In this document: positions 16,853-27,050 of the stretch, one piece after another
How positions within the stretch are numbered: the stretch's first letter is position 1
Layout of the letters: each line of letters starts with the position of its first letter
NCBI GenBank assembly: GCA_034408725.1
Contig: JAWXCN010000152.1
Span: 1-64,000, forward strand
Source of the DNA: Candidatus Hydrogenedentota bacterium
Lineage (GTDB): Bacteria; Hydrogenedentota; Hydrogenedentia; Hydrogenedentales; SLHB01
Reading direction: 5' to 3'
DNA: 64,000 nt
The notes under the pieces: model-generated
Databases searched by the model: none
What the model was told of the DNA's origin: nothing
The model's input: only the letters and a program-made list of their open reading frames with translations
Made by a program: the position numbers and the translations under genes

Positions 16853-18124
16853 TTAATTCGATTTAGAAATCTTTAGCGCGAAATTAACGAGCTCCTTACT
16901 GTCTCCCAACCTCGTGATATAGAGAAATGATTCATCCCGCGTGACAAGCAATGGGTTTTCCCCAACAAGGTTTCTCGGTGGCGCTCCTAAATAGTCTGGC
17001 GTCAGTAAATCAATATTTTTTGGTAAAGCTCCTTTCACGTTCCGGTATCGTTCGGCTGCGACGATTAAACCTAGGGCATATACTTGCAAAGAATCTCTAA
17101 AGAATGCCTTTTCCTCGCTTAAAATATTTGGCGAGATCACAAGAGGAAAGTTGTTCGGAGGAGGGGGAACATATTTCGATAAAGCACGCACCAAGCGGTC
17201 GTTACACGCTTCAAAAATGTCTTGACGCTGTTTGGGCTCAAGACGGCTAGCTCTCAGTAAATCTCCGTATACGTCCAGCTTCATTTCGAAATCGACCGCG
17301 GCCAGAACCCTTTCTATCGGGCCCAAGCCCGGATTCCACGCCCAAGGATGTTCGGCAATAACGTCTGCACGCAGTCCCACGATTACCTTGTACAGCGCGT
17401 CGGAATCGTGTAGAACTGAAACTTCATCTTGTATCATACGGAGCTCGGTAGAAGGAAATGTATAGTGATTGATATGATACTCGATACATCGCATTACGCA
17501 GACTCTAGCGAAACGACCAATACCCTGATATTTGTCATGCGGTACGACCTTAAAGATGTTACTCAACTTGCAAGCAACCGCAATATCCGTAACAGCTTGT
17601 CGATAGTCTTCTTGTTCAGCGTGCTGAATGGAATTCAATAGAACACAGTGGATGACACCGTATAGACGCCTTTCGAGGTTCGAAGTATATTCCATTCGCC
17701 GCTCTTTCAAACTAAACTGCGGCGGGTAATAGCAGCTTGGTGCATGAGCTGCCTTATAGGCTGCGTCTAAACACGGTCGATTCGCCTCCAGGAACTTCGA
17801 TATTTCTATCATTTCAACGGTTGTTAGACGCTCGCGCGTGCTGATATATCCATTCTTTACAAAAGCAGGGATTGCGTAGGGAGTTTCTCGGTATGACAAA
17901 AGTGCGTTTTCAACCAATCCAGCTTCGTTTTCATCCGGAATACTTGCCACATACCAGTCATCCAAATCTGCGTTCGACACCGGTAATCCAGTTTGGCGGA
18001 TGGTTGCGATGTGTTGGTCTATAGAGCTAGTTAGATTATTCCATTTATACCATGGGTAAGCCACTAATGATGCCACTGCGATAAAAACAAAGCAGAGTGT
18101 CGCGGTGACTATTACTGTTCTCAT
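16853..18124 (-). CDS. Hypothetical membrane-anchored protein in an AT-richer segment
   Basis: ORF 16853..18178 (441 aa), with likely start MRTVIV at 18124. One N-terminal TM helix, IRQTGLPV motif, and C-terminal AAERYR...G.LP..I..LTPDYL...P. No family recognised with confidence. Confidence 0.7.
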   Translation of the reverse strand: MRTVIVTATLCFVFIAVASLVAYPWYKWNNLTSSIDQHIATIRQTGLPVSNADLDDWYVASIPDENEAGLVENALLSYRETPYAIPAFVKNGYISTRERLTTVEMIEISKFLEANRPCLDAAYKAAHAPSCYYPPQFSLKERRMEYTSNLERRLYGVIHCVLLNSIQHAEQEDYRQAVTDIAVACKLSNIFKVVPHDKYQGIGRFARVCVMRCIEYHINHYTFPSTELRMIQDEVSVLHDSDALYKVIVGLRADVIAEHPWAWNPGLGPIERVLAAVDFEMKLDVYGDLLRASRLEPKQRQDIFEACNDRLVRALSKYVPPPPNNFPLVISPNILSEEKAFFRDSLQVYALGLIVAAERYRNVKGALPKNIDLLTPDYLGAPPRNLVGENPLLVTRDESFLYITRLGDSKELVNFALKISKSN

Positions 18125-18299
18125 TCGCCCTTCGTTGGTGTGCACGCCGTTTTCAGTCCTCAGGTGTGTTAGCTTCATCTAGAGGAGTCCAATTTTGCCG
18201 GAACTAGAACAAAGCTAAATTCCATGGGAAAGTAATAAATTTAGACCTTTAATTCTCGTCCATGTCTGTCCGAGCTCGTCGGTGGCCGTCCCGGGTTCC

Positions 18300-18803
18300 T
18301 TAAGCCAAGTGGTCCGCGCTCGACAACTGCACCTCGATGCCGTCGGGATCATCAAAATAAATCCGGTCTGTGCCCTTCGGCTGGTCCGGGTTCAATCCAA
18401 GCGCGCGCAGCTTCTTCTCGGCCTCGAGCACATTATAGTTTTCCACCGCGTAGCAATAGTGGTGCAGACCCGGCGTGTCACCGCGAAACAACGCCAAAAA
18501 CGAACTGCCAAAATTCATGAACGCGCTCCCAGACGACTCATTCGCCAACGTCAGTCCAAGGTGCTTCGCGTAAAAATCCCGCGACCGCGCCACGTCCGTC
18601 ACCCGCAAAGCGATATGATTAAACCCCAGCGCCTGGAATGACGGCCCCACCGCTTCCGCAACCGGCGCGGCGACTTCATCGGCATGTGCGCCAATCCCGA
18701 ACGTCGCCCCGGCGGCCATTGCGGACAATTGTGCAACCAATTGCCTCCGCGATATCTGCCCGGATTCGAATTTGGATACCACCGCGTCCACTACGTATTC
18801 CAT
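18300..18803 (-). CDS. VOC / glyoxalase family protein with a twin-arginine-like leader
   Basis: FNHIALRVTDVARSRDFY, LHHYCY and IYFDDPDGIEVQL. N-terminal SRRQLV...AHA. Confidence 0.85.
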   Translation of the reverse strand: MEYVVDAVVSKFESGQISRRQLVAQLSAMAAGATFGIGAHADEVAAPVAEAVGPSFQALGFNHIALRVTDVARSRDFYAKHLGLTLANESSGSAFMNFGSSFLALFRGDTPGLHHYCYAVENYNVLEAEKKLRALGLNPDQPKGTDRIYFDDPDGIEVQLSSADHLA

Positions 18804-19064
18804 GACATTGCTCCTCTGTTTACAGTATGCAGCACACAATACCATTCCGCTTCCCTGTCAACCACCATGAACTTAAAAAACCTTACTTTTGAATCAAATC
18901 CAGATGATTTCATACTAATTTGGAAATAATTAACCCCTCGTGTCCCAAAACCACCCCCGGGTTCCCCAATGCAACAGCGTGGGCTAACAATTAAAACATC
19001 GTTCTTGCTACCGCGTCCTCGCCCAGCGACAATGCTCACGACAATGCTCAACGGGAGGCGCCTT

Positions 19065-20768
19065 ATGCGGGGATTATTTACCATCCTGATGATGAGCGCG
19101 GGACTGTTGTTACCCGCGCTTGCACTCGAACCCGTACCAGACAAGAGCGTCGTACTCACCTTCGACGACTCCGTGAAATCACACCGCACGTTCGTCGGTC
19201 CGCTCTTGAAAGAGTATGGCTTCGGCGCGACGTTCTTCGTGACGGCGCTATGGATGTCCGACACGGAAAACTTCATGACCTGGCAAGAAATTGCCGAATT
19301 ACACCAGATGGGTTTCGAGATCGGCAATCACAGTTGGAGTCACTCGAACTTCGGCAATCCGAAATATGCCGCACAACTCGAAGGCCAACTATTGCTCGTC
19401 GAGCAGGAACTGGAAAAGGTCGGCGTGCCGAAACCCGTCAGTTTTGCCTGGTGCGGCAATTTTTTTGGCGTTGAAGGCTTTGGCGTCCTGCGCGACTGGG
19501 GGTTCCAGTTTGCGCGGCGCGGGATGCAACCGGAGGTGCCGTATGCTGCGCTCGCGCCCGGCCCGCTGTACGACCCCGCCAAATATCATCCGCTGCTGTT
19601 GCCGTCCGCTGGCGACGCGTATCCCAATTGGACGCTCGAAAACTTCAGGGCCGCAGTCGATCCCGCGCGCGACGGCAAAATTGCGATTGTCCAGTTTCAT
19701 GGCGTGCCGGATATCGCTCATCCCTGGGTCCACACACCGCCAGATCGGTTCCGCGAATACATGGACTACCTCAAAGCCAATAAGTTCAACGTCGTTGCGA
19801 TACGTGACCTCGCGCGGTACGTAGATACATCGCAGCCGCCAAACGACGCCATGTCGATGGTCCACTACGCGCCGCGTCCCGTCGACCAGCCACAGGAAGT
19901 CGCCGCCACCCGCGCCGATCCAGGATTTTGGTTGCATGCGATGATTAATCGACACAAATACTCGATCGAGGAAGCCGCTCGCGTATTCGGGTTGCCAACC
20001 AAAACGCTCGAAGCGCGCCTGCCAGATTATCGATTGAATGCCACGCCTTGGCCGGAATCGCCGACCCGCGGCGCAGTAACTGTCCTCCCCTACCCCGGCG
20101 GACGCCACCCGCGCATCGGCTTTCTCGAAGGCGCAATCGCGCCGCAGCGCGGAACGAAAGCCAGCATCTTTGCTCCGTGGGACCCGGAGAGCTATGCGGT
20201 TATCGATTTGCCCGAAGCAATTTTCAGCAATCTCGGCCTGCTCTATCTCGCCCACACTCACGTACAAACGATCTGGGACCCGCAACATCAGTACATTGAG
20301 AACACCGATTGGATGCGACATCCCAATGGAGAGTTGTCCAATACATGGGTACTGCCAAACAAGATTTCATTTGGTGCGCGCATCATCCCCCAGAAAGATG
20401 CCGCAGACCTCGAACTGTGGCTCGAAAATGGGACGGACCAACCGCTAACGAAATTGCGCACGCAGATTTGCGTGATGTTGAAAGGCATGGAGGATTACCA
20501 GTTTCAAAGCAACGAAAACAAACGGTTCGATGGCAGCGTCGCGTCCGCGCATTCACTCGATGGCAGCTCCTGGGTCCTCGTTGCCTTCGACAACTGCGGG
20601 CGCACTTGGGGCAATAAAGATTGCCCGTGCATGCACTCTGATCCCGTGTTGCCAGATGCAGCGCCTGGTGAGCGCGTAAGTGTTAAGGGCAGATTATGGT
20701 TCTTTAAAGGTGATATCGAAAAGGAAATCGCGCGAGGGCAGAAGAAGTTCAAGGAACGTCCAAAATAG
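19065..20768 (+). CDS. Secreted polysaccharide deacetylase (CE4/NodB-like) fused to an uncharacterised C-terminal domain
   Basis: Signal peptide (..LPALA), VLTFDD, GATFFV, EIGNHSWSH and QFHGVP. C-terminal half carries PYPGGRHPRIGFLEGA. ATG 19065 follows GGGAGG (ORF open from 18969). Confidence 0.8.
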   Translation: MRGLFTILMMSAGLLLPALALEPVPDKSVVLTFDDSVKSHRTFVGPLLKEYGFGATFFVTALWMSDTENFMTWQEIAELHQMGFEIGNHSWSHSNFGNPKYAAQLEGQLLLVEQELEKVGVPKPVSFAWCGNFFGVEGFGVLRDWGFQFARRGMQPEVPYAALAPGPLYDPAKYHPLLLPSAGDAYPNWTLENFRAAVDPARDGKIAIVQFHGVPDIAHPWVHTPPDRFREYMDYLKANKFNVVAIRDLARYVDTSQPPNDAMSMVHYAPRPVDQPQEVAATRADPGFWLHAMINRHKYSIEEAARVFGLPTKTLEARLPDYRLNATPWPESPTRGAVTVLPYPGGRHPRIGFLEGAIAPQRGTKASIFAPWDPESYAVIDLPEAIFSNLGLLYLAHTHVQTIWDPQHQYIENTDWMRHPNGELSNTWVLPNKISFGARIIPQKDAADLELWLENGTDQPLTKLRTQICVMLKGMEDYQFQSNENKRFDGSVASAHSLDGSSWVLVAFDNCGRTWGNKDCPCMHSDPVLPDAAPGERVSVKGRLWFFKGDIEKEIARGQKKFKERPK

Positions 20769-20970
20769 ATGCGCCGATTGGGAGGAAATCTACATTTGGC
20801 GGGATCGTGCTACGTTCTGCGCGTACCTCAAGACATGCAGAGATTGCCTCTTCAATGTTTTTGAGCGCCTCAGCACGCGTGGCTCCCTGACTAACACAAC
20901 CGGGAATCGAAGGGCATTCTAATACCCAAACGCCATCTTCGTCCCGCGACACAGTGACCTGAAACTTCAT
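20749..20970 (-). CDS. hicB: HicB-family antitoxin (short form), apparently orphan and possibly C-terminally damaged
   Basis: MKFQVTVSRDEDGVWVLECPSIPGCVSQGATRAEALKNIEEAI is the HicB N-terminal signature. No hicA is adjacent. The 3' end overlaps the convergent deacetylase by 20 nt. Confidence 0.8.
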   Translation of the reverse strand: MKFQVTVSRDEDGVWVLECPSIPGCVSQGATRAEALKNIEEAISACLEVRAERSTIPPNVDFLPIGASILDVP

Positions 20971-20980
20971 TTCTGATTCC

Positions 20981-22426
<1,446 letters not shown>

Positions 22427-22501
22427 AGCAATACTGCCTCTGCCACCCTTATTCTGCGCGTAACGGGAGTCCCGCGTCAACCTGGAATTCAATTAAAACG
22501 C

Positions 22502-22530
22502 TTGACCATTTCCTCCTTTCCTGCTATTCT
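22502..22530 (+). promoter_or_regulatory. Putative sigma70 promoter for the PEP-CTERM gene
   Basis: TTGACC-N17-TATTCT with a TG extended -10. Confidence 0.6.
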
Positions 22531-22589
22531 ATGAAAAGGTGCAAGGGTTTTGTTCCGGTGTGGTCTACAATGCGGTGAGGGTGCGTACC

Positions 22590-23282
22590 ATGTTTATCCG
22601 GCTCGGAATCGTCGCGTGTACTGTTGCGTGCGTCCTGTTGCCGATGACAGCGCAAGCTGAAATCATCTACGACAATGGAGGGCCGGACTCGACGACCGGT
22701 GGCTCCGACAGCACGGTCTTCGTTTCACTCAACCCTGATTTTGCTTCCTTCGACGACTTTGTCCTTGATGCTGGAAGCAACACCATCACCGATATTCATT
22801 GGTGGGGCAACTACTATACTTTCTTCGGGGAAAGCCTCGACGATTTCTTTGTGATCTATATTTTCGACGATGACAACGGCCATCCCGATCTGTCCAGCGG
22901 GCCATTGCACACCATCGACGGCACGGGCGCGACGCGCGTAGATACCGGCCTGGACGTCGGCGGCGACGAAGAAATGCCGATTTTCGAGTACGACCTGTTC
23001 ATCGATCCCATCACGCTCGATCCCGACGTGGTCTATTGGATGGCGATTACCAACGATTTCCACTGGCGCTGGCAGACGTCACTTGTGCCTGGCGGCGCAT
23101 ATCAGGTCGGTGGCATCAATCTGGAAGATAGTTTCACAGATTCCGAAGACGACCTCACTGCGCGCGATTATGGCCTGGCGTTTAATCTTACCGCGACCGT
23201 CGTCCCCGAACCTTCGACTATCGTGCTGCTGGGCGCGGGTATCGCCGCGATCGCTGCCGCGCGGCGGATGCAACGCCGCTAA
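22590..23282 (+). CDS. PEP-CTERM sorting domain protein (acidic beta-rich extracellular domain)
   Basis: Signal peptide ending AQA and C-terminal VPEPSTIVLLGAGIAAIAAARRMQRR. ATG 22590 follows GAGG. Confidence 0.93.
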   Translation: MFIRLGIVACTVACVLLPMTAQAEIIYDNGGPDSTTGGSDSTVFVSLNPDFASFDDFVLDAGSNTITDIHWWGNYYTFFGESLDDFFVIYIFDDDNGHPDLSSGPLHTIDGTGATRVDTGLDVGGDEEMPIFEYDLFIDPITLDPDVVYWMAITNDFHWRWQTSLVPGGAYQVGGINLEDSFTDSEDDLTARDYGLAFNLTATVVPEPSTIVLLGAGIAAIAAARRMQRR

Positions 23283-23304
23283 AACGTAATCGGCGAGACG
23301 GAAC

Positions 23305-26300
23305 TCAGTCGATGAATGCAAATTCGTTGGACGCCAACAGCACCTGCGCGTACCGTTCCCACGGTTCCATCGGAGGAGGCTGCGGGCCGCTAAAATCGTT
23401 TTCCGCTCGCCACTCGGCCGAATCCAGCGAGCCTGTAGCGACAGCTTGATCGTAGCGAAGCCTCGGCGCCCACCGGAAAGAATCAAACCCATCGGTTCCG
23501 CCGCAAGACACCACGAAATCGATGGTCTCACCCGCCACCACATCGACTCGCGCAACCTCCGCGGCGGCTTCCGTGTTGTGTACCGCGCTCTTCCACAAAA
23601 TCCCCGCGCGATTGGACACAACATACCCAATCACACCATCGCCTTGACCCTCGGCCTCGCCCTGCTTCAGGGTCCCGGCAATGGTTATCGCCCCGTCACG
23701 CGGCGCGATCCAGCGGCGAATGCTCGCGTGGTTCGCGTCCATGCCCGCGTGACCGCCGCGCTCGCTTAGGCTGACGTACCGTAGCTCAGGATCGGGCATC
23801 GTCTCGCTCACGCGCCACTCGCGATCTGCGTAATGGGCAAACGCGGTAAAGGAAGTAACACGGCCCGCCGCCTCGTCGACAGACCCATATCCATACTGCC
23901 ACGCTGGCGCGGGACGTGAAGGCAAAGTAGTCTGGTTGGCGATGAATGTTTCCACCATTGCGCATTCGTCCGCATCCGGCTCGCGTTGGTATACAAGCCG
24001 GTACAGTGCCTTCGCGCGGTCCAGTGCTGAACTCGCCGCAACCACATCCGTCCGCGACGCCAGTTCGCGCGCCTGTTCGATAACGAAGGGGCTGTTCATC
24101 ATGAACAGCGCCTGTTGCGGCACCGTAGTGCGGAACCGCCGGGCGCTGTGCGTGTCGGGACTCGCAAAGTCGAACGTGCGAAACATGCCGGGAAGGTTTT
24201 GGCGCTCGATATAGCTGTACACGGTGCGGCGCGCGGTAAATGGCGGTTCGACGATATCCACGGAGGGCCCGCCCATCGTGAGATCAAGACTGCCCGAAGA
24301 TGCCAGCACGGCGTCGCGAAGCGCCTCGAAATCAAGCCGGTGCCGGTTCTGACGCCACCACAACCGGTTCTCGGGGTCTTTGTCACGGAGCTCCGCGTTG
24401 TTGGAGCTGCTTTGCTGATACGTGTTTGAGAGCAAAATAACTTTATGCAGCTTCTTCGTAGACCAACCATCGTGCATGAAGCGCGAGGCGAGATAATCGA
24501 GTAACGCCGCGTGAACGGGCCGCTCGGTGCGCACGCCAAAGTCACTGCCCGTTTCCACGATCCCGCGATCAAAATGGTTCATCCACACCCGGTTGACCCA
24601 GACGCGCGCGGTTAGCGGGTTGGCCGCGTTCGCAATTGCCTCCGCGAGTTCGAGTCTTCCGCTGCCCTTCTCAAAGGGTTTGGGGCCACCTTCGCTCAAT
24701 ACCGCCAGAAACTGCCGCGGCACGTCATCGCCCTTGTTCTGCGGATTGCCGCGCTTGAAGATATGAGGGTCATAGGGTTTATCGGCATCAACCAATGCCA
24801 TTGCGCGATCCGGCCGTCCCGCATGGGATGCCTTTACGCGGGCAATCGCGTTGTTCTTGTCCCGAACACGGTTTTGCGTCGGCACGTCATACATGGGAAG
24901 AATGTCGCCCTCGGCGATATTCGCGGGGCTGTCAGAGCCGTACAATGCTTGCCGCACAGCTTCATCATCGGCGTCGGGCAATGCAGTGGACGGCGTGGTC
25001 TCACCACGTTGCGCTTCGGACGCGAGCAGGTTCATCCACGTATCGTTCGCAGCGTGCAATACCGTCGCATAGCGTTTTGCCACGTCCGCCATCGACGCCG
25101 GTGGATCGCCGCCAAAAGCGCCCGCCACGCGCGGATTAATCTGCTTGTCTGCGTTCGCCGTGAACTGCGCCGTCAACGGCGCGGCCTGTTCCGCGAATCC
25201 TTCGGCCGGCAGCGCGGCAAATGCGGTCCAGGGCGCGAACAGCCTGTCATGCGCTTCGGCTTTCTTCTTGAGGTAGTCGCGCCAGCGCCCCACCAACTGC
25301 CAACGCAATGAACGGTCGCGCGCGAGCGTCTGGAACTGTTCGTCGTCGGTTATATCGCGCGTATCGAACGCTGCCAACATATAACCTTCGATTTCGGCGC
25401 GAGCATGCGCAAGCAGATCAACATGCAGCTCTTTTACCAACCCTCGTTCAGCGGCTTCGGCTTCTTGCAGTTTTGCGACATAGTCCTGATATTGGGGATT
25501 CGCCGGATCGGGTTCCCGGATCAAGGGCAGTTCCGCTGGTTCGGATGAACTCCGGAAAACGCCGTACAGGGCGTAGTAATCCTGCATCGATATCGGGTCG
25601 AATTTGTGGTCGTGACACCGGGCGCACGTCACGGTAAGTCCCATGAGACCTCGCGTGACAACGTCGATACGGTCGTCGGTAATGTCATGGACATTACCGA
25701 GAAAGTGCCGGTTCAGGGTAAGAAATCCCATGGCCGCCAAAGGACGTTTGTCGTCGCCAAGCTCGAGCTGGTCGGCGGCGAGTTGTTGCTTAACGAAAGT
25801 GTCGTATGGCAAGTCCTCGTTGAATGCACGGATAACGAAGTCCCGATACGTATGTGAGAACGGTATGTTCCGCTCACTCTGAAATACGTAACCTCTGGTA
25901 TCCGCGTAACGCGCAACATCCAGCCAGTATCGTCCCCAGCGTTCCCCGTATCGTGGCGACGCCAGCAGGCGATCCACAACCTGTTCGTACGCGCCCGGAG
26001 TTGTGTCCTGTACAAAGGCGTCAACTTCGTCCGCGGTAGGGGGCAATCCTGTCAAATCAAAGGTAACGCGCCGTAGGAGTGTGTACTTGTCCGCCGAAGC
26101 AGAAGGCTTCAGCCCCGCCTTTTCCAACTCGGCCAGCACAAATGCGTCAACGTCCGTTCTCACCCACGCCGGATCACCGACAGCGGGCGGGGCGGATGCC
26201 GTCACGGGTAAAAATGCCCAATGGTTGGAGCGCGCGCCGGAAACACGGTCATCCATCGTAGCGACGGACACAGCACCCGCAGGCCATGGAGCGCCCATGC

Positions 26301-26793
26301 GAATCCAATCGCGAATTGCGCCAATGACTTCTTCTGGTAACTTGCCGGTGGGCGGCATTTTGGGTTCGCTGTCGTGCGCCAGCGCCTTTAGGATGAGGCT
26401 GCCGTCAATTTCACCGGGAACGATGGCCGGACCGGATAGGCCTCCCTTGAGAATGGATTCGCGGGAATCCAGCCGCAAATCACTCTTCTGATTCTCGGGT
26501 CCGTGGCATTGAAAGCACTGTTCGGCGAAAACGGGGCGAATCTTCGTCTCGAAAAACTCGATGGCTTCAGGATTGTCCGGAATGTTCACCGCCGGTTGGG
26601 TAACAGCAGTTTGTTTAAGGACATCTAGCAGCTTGGCCCACGCATCAGCATCGTTTTTGATCTGCTGGACCGCTTCGAGAAGGCGCTCGGCATCGTTTGC
26701 CGGTTCGGCGGTTGCGCTGACAACCGCCGCTACCGCTATGACGCCCGCTATCGCCATTCGCCGCCAACGGGCTATTTTAGGTGTACTGCGCAT
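23305..26793 (-). CDS. PSD1 / DUF1549 / DUF1553 planctomycete cytochrome c domain protein
   Basis: FFETKIRPVF..CFQCH (heme motif), HWAF, LLRRVTFDLTGLPPT, YGERWGRYWLDVARYADT, CARCHDHKFDP, NPLTARVWVNRVW and PQQALFMMN. Start is uncertain (26871, 26793 or 26757). Confidence 0.92.
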   Translation of the reverse strand: MRSTPKIARWRRMAIAGVIAVAAVVSATAEPANDAERLLEAVQQIKNDADAWAKLLDVLKQTAVTQPAVNIPDNPEAIEFFETKIRPVFAEQCFQCHGPENQKSDLRLDSRESILKGGLSGPAIVPGEIDGSLILKALAHDSEPKMPPTGKLPEEVIGAIRDWIRMGAPWPAGAVSVATMDDRVSGARSNHWAFLPVTASAPPAVGDPAWVRTDVDAFVLAELEKAGLKPSASADKYTLLRRVTFDLTGLPPTADEVDAFVQDTTPGAYEQVVDRLLASPRYGERWGRYWLDVARYADTRGYVFQSERNIPFSHTYRDFVIRAFNEDLPYDTFVKQQLAADQLELGDDKRPLAAMGFLTLNRHFLGNVHDITDDRIDVVTRGLMGLTVTCARCHDHKFDPISMQDYYALYGVFRSSSEPAELPLIREPDPANPQYQDYVAKLQEAEAAERGLVKELHVDLLAHARAEIEGYMLAAFDTRDITDDEQFQTLARDRSLRWQLVGRWRDYLKKKAEAHDRLFAPWTAFAALPAEGFAEQAAPLTAQFTANADKQINPRVAGAFGGDPPASMADVAKRYATVLHAANDTWMNLLASEAQRGETTPSTALPDADDEAVRQALYGSDSPANIAEGDILPMYDVPTQNRVRDKNNAIARVKASHAGRPDRAMALVDADKPYDPHIFKRGNPQNKGDDVPRQFLAVLSEGGPKPFEKGSGRLELAEAIANAANPLTARVWVNRVWMNHFDRGIVETGSDFGVRTERPVHAALLDYLASRFMHDGWSTKKLHKVILLSNTYQQSSSNNAELRDKDPENRLWWRQNRHRLDFEALRDAVLASSGSLDLTMGGPSVDIVEPPFTARRTVYSYIERQNLPGMFRTFDFASPDTHSARRFRTTVPQQALFMMNSPFVIEQARELASRTDVVAASSALDRAKALYRLVYQREPDADECAMVETFIANQTTLPSRPAPAWQYGYGSVDEAAGRVTSFTAFAHYADREWRVSETMPDPELRYVSLSERGGHAGMDANHASIRRWIAPRDGAITIAGTLKQGEAEGQGDGVIGYVVSNRAGILWKSAVHNTEAAAEVARVDVVAGETIDFVVSCGGTDGFDSFRWAPRLRYDQAVATGSLDSAEWRAENDFSGPQPPPMEPWERYAQVLLASNEFAFID

Positions 26794-26988
26794 AAAGACA
26801 TGATGCCTCAGGAGTAATCTACCAGCAGTGGCCGAGGCACGCAAGTAGGCCACATAAACGAATGCGGCCATAAAATCATCTTATTCGCCAGGGAACGGCT
26901 GTTTCACCCAAGCGGAGGGGGATTGCGGCAAAGTGATGCTTCGCGGTAAACTATACGATTCAAAGTGGTTATGCTTTTTCAATCACAA

Positions 26989-27003
26989 TGGCACGCCATT
27001 TGC
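26989..27003 (+). promoter_or_regulatory. Putative sigma54 promoter for the RND operon
   Basis: TGGCACGCCATTTGC, an exact TGGCACG-N4-TTGC match, 48 nt upstream of GTG 27051. Confidence 0.65.
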
Positions 27004-27050
27004 CTGTAGTTGGAGGGAAGTCATTGGGGTCTGACGAGGGAAACAGAACT

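Noticed and set aside
26988..27050. ATG 26988 as the start of the RND adaptor
   Set aside because: It overlaps the sigma54 motif and lacks an RBS. GTG 27051 has GAGGG and directly precedes the TM helix.
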